NCBI GenBank assembly: GCA_002269645.1
Contig: NIVC01003782.1
Location: forward strand, 12,974 to 76,973
Length of the DNA: 64,000 nt
Source: Macrostomum lignano
Taxonomy: Eukaryota
Reading direction: 5' to 3'
This document shows positions 58,861-64,000 of the stretch, piece by piece (the stretch's first letter is position 1; each line of letters begins with the position of its first letter). The translations under genes and the position numbers were made by a program. The notes under the pieces are model-generated. The model saw only the letters and a program-made list of their open reading frames with translations, searched no databases and was not told the DNA's origin.

Positions 58861-61800
58861 CTAAACACAACCTCCTAAACCTAATCTCCAGTGCCCGAAC
58901 GGTAGACTGGTAATATTGTCATCAAAAATGAATCTCTTGTTATCTGCACCTGACAGCCCAATCTTCTTTTGCTGAATTGTGTGAATAATATGGTTTTTGG
59001 ATTGTAGCTTTGAGAACTCATGTGATGTCTTTTTGTTGCAATTCAAGGCGTCTCTGTATTCAGCTATATTAATTTCCTTCCTAACCACACGTTTCGGAAT
59101 TCCCTTTGATTTTTTAATTGGGTCTGACGACTCACATTTTACAAAATAGGACTTTGCTCTCAACCCAATGAATTCAGTGATTATGTCACCAGCAATCTCG
59201 TCCTTCATTTTCCCAATCACTTTCTTGTTAGTGGCGTCAAACACTTGATCGCCATTCTGTGTCTTGCAAGATTCATCATACTCAGACAAGTCAAACAAAT
59301 CTTTTTGCTGCAGCATGTCCTGATAAATGTCTTTTGTTTGAATGTCCATAATAAAACTGTCTGTGTCAGTGTACAAGAGTTTCATTTTATCCTTGTACTG
59401 CTGCTTCATGCCATAGAAGAACTGGTACATCAGACGTTTTGATTCGTCAAGAACAGTGACACCTGTATAGATCGGCTTGCGCAGCGTCACCTTGGTTTTG
59501 TAAAATATGATCACACCTAAGTAGCTATTAAAGATATGGAGTTCTTTGAATGTTGGCTTTGACATATTTGCCTGAATAACAGCAGGCTCTGATGAGGTAA
59601 CAAGTTTCAGGTTTGTTCTTTTCCTCTCATTCTCAAGAGTCTTGCCATAGACAGAGTTGTTGGCCAACTTAAAGAGGTTCTTGTCAAAGTCGTTGGTTGC
59701 TTTGGTCCTAAACTGGGTATTCTTATCAATGTAGGGTTTCATCCACGCTTCCTCTGTAAATGTAAGAGCCCTGTGAACTTTGGTGACCCTGCAACCAAGT
59801 GAGATAAAATATTGAAGCAGTTTGTAATGGATTTTGTAACGTGTCTTGTTGTTTAGATTCTGTGTTAGTTTCTCCGTATGTTCTTTTTCTGTTCCTGACA
59901 GGTGCCAAGTTCCATTATTATCATTGGGAGTTTCGATTATTTTCGGGCACTTGATGTTCTCTGGGAAGGGTGGAAAGTCAGAGAAATAGTCGTGAAGCTC
60001 TGGTGGAATGTAAACATCAACCTCATAAATGGCAGCCAATGAAAAGTCCCGCTTTAGTTCTGATGAGGGTAGCCATCGAAAATCTCTAACTGGAAGATCT
60101 TGACTCATCGCCCAACCGTAGAGATTATTAGCGTCCAAGTAAGTAATGTAGTTTGAGGGCTGCTCCTTATTGTAAGATTCAATGTAGGGATTGTTTGCTT
60201 TTGCATACCTGTTAACGCAAATTGAGATTCCCCCTCGCTTTGACGATTCGACAAAATTGTACATGTCAATGTCTGTAAGAAGTTCAATGTACCAATCTGG
60301 ATCTTGATCCCATTTCATTTTAAGCAAAGATTCCCAGCTAGTGGCAGGCAGAGACACATAATGTGCTGGATCGAGGCCATATGCTGTGTACCAGGTGTAT
60401 CTGAAGGTTTCAAACACATCGGCCAGCAGAAACACATCTGTGAAGAGGTAAAGCAGGTGATACTGGAAGAAGTTTTGACAATTAAAGTAATTATAGACAT
60501 GCTTCGCGTGCTCATAGTCTTTGTCAGAGATTCCAGAGTCTGTTAGCTTTGAAAAGAACTTCTCCTGTGGTGGTAAACCTTCTTCAAATACGTGATAAGC
60601 GGTAATATTCTCATAGGTGTAGAAGCCTTTCTTTCTTAAAAGTTTAAATGATTCATCACTGTTGTAAATTTTACTTGCAAACATCTTTGTATATGTACAT
60701 TGTTCATCTTTTAGATTCTTGCTTAGTTCGTCTAGACTGGCAGCTAGAAATTGATTTGAATCCTTCAGTCTTATTTTACCTGTACCCGAATTATCCTGTT
60801 TAATATCAACACACTTAAACTTCTCCTTGTTCTCTGCGATGCAGTCAAGGTGTATGTCTGGAATCATGCCGATTTTTTCAACTATTAAATGCATGTCATA
60901 GTTCTTTGCGTTGTGACAAAATATCGTTAGATCATGAATGTTCGATTTTAGCTTTAGATTACAGGTGTTATGCGCTGCACCTCTAAATTTCCCAGTAAAG
61001 TGGCAGTGGTCCACTGTAATGCTTAAGGCACAAGCGGCAGATGGCAACAGCCTCGTGATGATTATTCAACTGCTCGTGAATGAGTCTTGAAAGATCTTTA
61101 ATCCAAACATAGTGAGCCTCCTCTAGTAAATTACCAATCACTAGAAGATCCACTTCAGTCCGCCTTTTCCCCTCAGGATCTAAAACGTCTTTGCTACATC
61201 TGACCGGTTGAAATTTCTCAGTTTTTTCACTCCACTCAAAGACTGTGATTCTAATTTTGTTATTAAACACTTCTTCTAGCTTTGGGATCTGAGAGATCGC
61301 CAAGCCTCCTTTGTCAAACCTGATTCCCTTCTTTTCGCATTCGATGAGATAGTAGTTGAAATAATTTTGATAATTTGAGGTTCTTTCGGGGTGGTGAGGG
61401 ACACTAATAAGTGCAGAAAGAACTGCCCATAGAGCACAGCAATTGTCTTTATTTTTAACATTTATGCAAGCTTTTGTACCGGCGAGCTTATGCGGGAGCT
61501 CTATATAAGAGGAGGCTTTAAGTGGGTCATATTTCATGACCATGACAGTCGCTCTTTGAATCCCTCCCACGACCCATCCGGAACCTCTGGATGTAAACGC
61601 TTCAATTTTCTTATTGACATCTTGAAGGAAAGGATCCAGTGTGTCTGTTGGGGTGAATGGCTTTGCCTTTGTTGTCATGTAATACTCGAGATGCTCAGTG
61701 GGTTTCGCTGGCATATAAAACGCAATCTTGAATGATATCTGTAGTTTAAAGGTCTTGCGTGTTTTGAGTGTGTGATCAACAACTGATTGGATGCTGTCTT

Positions 61801-62209
61801 TATAGTCGTAGATGTTTGCGGTGGTATCCTTCTGTAAACTTCCTCTGTGCAAAATTAATCTCTTCAATGGCAAGCTCCGACTCTTTTAAATGGATTAATT
61901 GCTCTAATTTCTCTTGTTCCTGCTTATTCTGTGGGTACTTTGCTTTTTCACCAGTGACAGTTTCGTATTTGTTAACTAAGTTGCGACTCCTCTCTTGGTG
62001 TTCCTTTGCAGGATTTTTTATAGGCGCATACTGGTTGGATTCTAATTGATTGATGATTTCCAACTGTTTTTCATAGCTTCCCAGGTGACCAGGGTCGGTG
62101 TTGAACCTTTGTTTGCATGCTTCTCTTAGTAAATTACTTTTTTCTTGAAATGAGACGCCTTTTGAAAATATTTGTTGACTAAATCTTTTGCTGGATTAGC
62201 TTTTGGCAT
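58861..62209 (-). pseudogene. Protein-primed family B DNA polymerase, in pieces (62209-~62160, ~62160-61815, ~61830-61015, 61015-58861), internal deletion at ~61015
   Basis: N-terminal ASSYIELP..CINVKNKDNCCALW; DHCHFTGKFRGAAHNTCNL; ExoII HNAKNYD; ExoIII Y..TDV; Pol motifs YLDANNLYGWAM, KLANNSVYGK, YTDTDS. Confidence 0.93.
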
Positions 62210-62334
62210 TTTTTTCTCTAAAATAAAAAAAATTTTTTGAGGGTGACCACCCTGATAGAAAAGTTGAACTGTTTCTACATCCTATCAGCAGTATTAGGTT
62301 TATGAAGCTGGATAAAGTGGGGTTTTAAACCTCA

Positions 62335-62781
62335 TCACATGCGCATTATTGTAAACCCAGCATTGTGCAGTGTCATGACGGCTTTGACAATGTCAGACTT
62401 GCTTACAGAATTTTCATGCTCACAATCATCACGATCGGGGCAGCCCTCTCCTGCCTTAATTGTTATACCTTTGTCTCTTGCAATCTTTTGCAATTCTAGC
62501 TGGTGGGCTCTATCATTACCAGCTTTAACAGCAGTTGCTACACCTCCAGCTACACCACCTGCGGCACTTACAGCGCCTGCAATGATTGGGATAAGAGCTG
62601 CTAATGGTAGGATTCCTCCTGACTTTTCATCTGTGATGCTGTGTCTTTGTTCATTACATTGAACTATTTGCTGCACGGGATCGACTTTTACTTTGGCACC
62701 TTTTATTGATATAAGACCTGGTCTCTTTGATTCAATGATTTTATTGAGTTTATTGATGGTTCTGGTTTCAATCTTTGTCAT
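62335..62781 (-). CDS. Adenovirus pX(mu)-like core protein, 148 aa
   Basis: KSGG-ILPLAALIPIIAGAVSAAGGVAGGVATAV closely parallels the adenoviral pX GG-(F/I)LP-LIP(I/L)IAAAIGA..GIAS segment. Confidence 0.75.
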   Translation of the reverse strand: MTKIETRTINKLNKIIESKRPGLISIKGAKVKVDPVQQIVQCNEQRHSITDEKSGGILPLAALIPIIAGAVSAAGGVAGGVATAVKAGNDRAHQLELQKIARDKGITIKAGEGCPDRDDCEHENSVSKSDIVKAVMTLHNAGFTIMRM

Positions 62782-62796
62782 TTTTATTTTAATATT

Positions 62797-63786
62797 TTAA
62801 TTAATTTCCGTGTCAGCTGGTATCACTAAGAGTTTAGCTCTAGTGAATGACCGCGTGGGGGATTTAGGGTTAAAGGTTTGAGATAAAAAGTAATAGTCTC
62901 CAGAGTCGGAGGTAAAATGTCTGTCTATTTTATGTACATCAAGGATGAAGTATGGATCTGTAGCTCTTCTTTTGGTGTCTTTCTCTAGCTCTCCAGGTAG
63001 ATATAAAAAGCGTAGAAACTCAGAGTTTGTCAGTATGTATGGTGATTCAACTCTTGGAAGCTTAGGGTAGTTTGAGGTGTCTGTTTTATGAGGTGCCTTA
63101 AGTTCGACAGTGTCTTGTTTAATTGCATGGATGGTTTCATTCCAGTCATGCGCGTGACTTCATTGTTCAGTTGCTCTATAACAGTGGGAGCCGGTCTGTC
63201 CACTTGGTATAGTATTGGCCCGCACTCAGTTGAGTTCTTGCGCTGTCTGCTTAGTGAATAGTCTCTTGGCTAGAGTTAGATTGAATCTTTCCACAGAAGC
63301 CTGGTCTCTGTGGAGCTCAGTTCTGCCATAGCGAATCTCTGTATTTTTCTTTTCCATAAGGGATTTGACTGCCCCAAAGAATTCTTTACCCGGGTCGGTC
63401 ATAAAGATTTGGGGGTATGTGAGCGGAGAGGTTTCATAGATCTCTTGCAGTGCGCTGGCAACAACCTCTGACTTCTTCGTCTTGAGTGGGCGAGCTTCCT
63501 TATATCTGAAGCAATGTCTATAATTGTAAGAGCATACTTGTAGCCTGAGTCATTGGGAGAAACAGAAGATCTGCTTGTGTGCGCCTCATTAGGTTTATAA
63601 TACTGAAATGGGGCCTCTCAAATTTTTACTGGTGGGAAATAGACTTGGTAGACTGCTTGCTTGGAGAGCCACTTTTTACTTTAGCTTTTGTTCCTTACTT
63701 AGTTCTGCGAGTTTGGCGACTGCATTTTTTCCTACAAAGAATCCTTTGTCGCTGTAGTAGAGTTTTTTAAGTTTCTGATCTGTCAT
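62797..63786 (-). pseudogene. Retroviral-type (rve) integrase of Polintons, at least 5 frameshifts
   Basis: Reassembled LKKLYYS..WLSKQAVYQ..QADLL (D)..YKYALTIIDIAS..PLKTKK..MTDPGKEF (D)..HRDQASVERFN (E)..RRATDP. Confidence 0.9.
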
Positions 63787-63816
63787 TTTTTAAAAAAGAA
63801 AATTTAAAATAAAATA

Positions 63817-64000
63817 ATGCAACGCTCTGGTGGTAAGTTAGATTCACATGGACTGATAGAAAAGCTTCCTCATCCAAACAAAGGCTGGACGATTCCCGCT
63901 ATAAATATTGTGGGCCTTTGAATCCACTTGAAATACAGTTAGATAAAAACAAATAATCCAAATCCTGGTCATGAGCCTGTGAACGAGCTAGACTCTGTGT
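63817..64000 (+). pseudogene. Parvovirus-type phospholipase A2 (PLA2X-like), 2 frameshifts, truncated by the window edge
   Basis: MQRSGGKLD..GWTIP(G)YKYCGPLNPL..NPGHEPVNELDSVC: Ca-loop PGYKYxGP and the PVNxLD motif that precedes the catalytic HD. Confidence 0.8.

Larger units (their letters stand above)
51800..64000. mobile_element. Polinton/Maverick (adintovirus-like) endogenous dsDNA virus; right end beyond the window, left end uncertain
   Basis: Compact, intronless, AT-rich cluster with mCP, MCP, A32 ATPase, adenain, pPolB, rve integrase, pX-like and PLA2 genes. Confidence 0.96.

Overview
Eukaryotic (animal) genomic DNA. Gene style, minisatellite-filled introns and the RTE remnant suggest a flatworm such as Macrostomum, but that is inference. 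The window has four parts. (1) 0.6-11.6 kb: four co-oriented minus-strand housekeeping genes (BOD1L-like, COX8-like, STK16, THG1L) with reconstructable exons, an intronic tRNA-Gly(GCC) and many minisatellites. (2) 11.9-34 kb: decayed mobile DNA, including a ~7 kb block almost devoid of CpG whose mariner copy shows CG>TA and CA>TA changes in invariant motifs, plus LINE, Tc1, Gypsy and RTE remnants and a two-exon DXD glycosyltransferase with a premature stop. (3) 37.5-51.8 kb: two head-to-tail non-autonomous Helitrons (minus strand, 5'-TC ... hairpin-CTAG-3') in which satellite arrays lie just downstream of tRNA-like Pol III boxes. (4) 51.9-64 kb: a Polinton/Maverick (adintovirus-like) endogenous virus with minor and major capsid, A32 packaging ATPase, adenain protease, protein-primed PolB, pX-like protein, integrase and parvovirus-type PLA2, running off the window edge. 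The 34.3-37.5 kb segment (HTH ORF pair plus an array of 34-bp palindromes) may be the left arm of this virus, split off by the Helitrons. Several frameshifts, including one in a host gene, lie in homopolymer runs and may be consensus errors.
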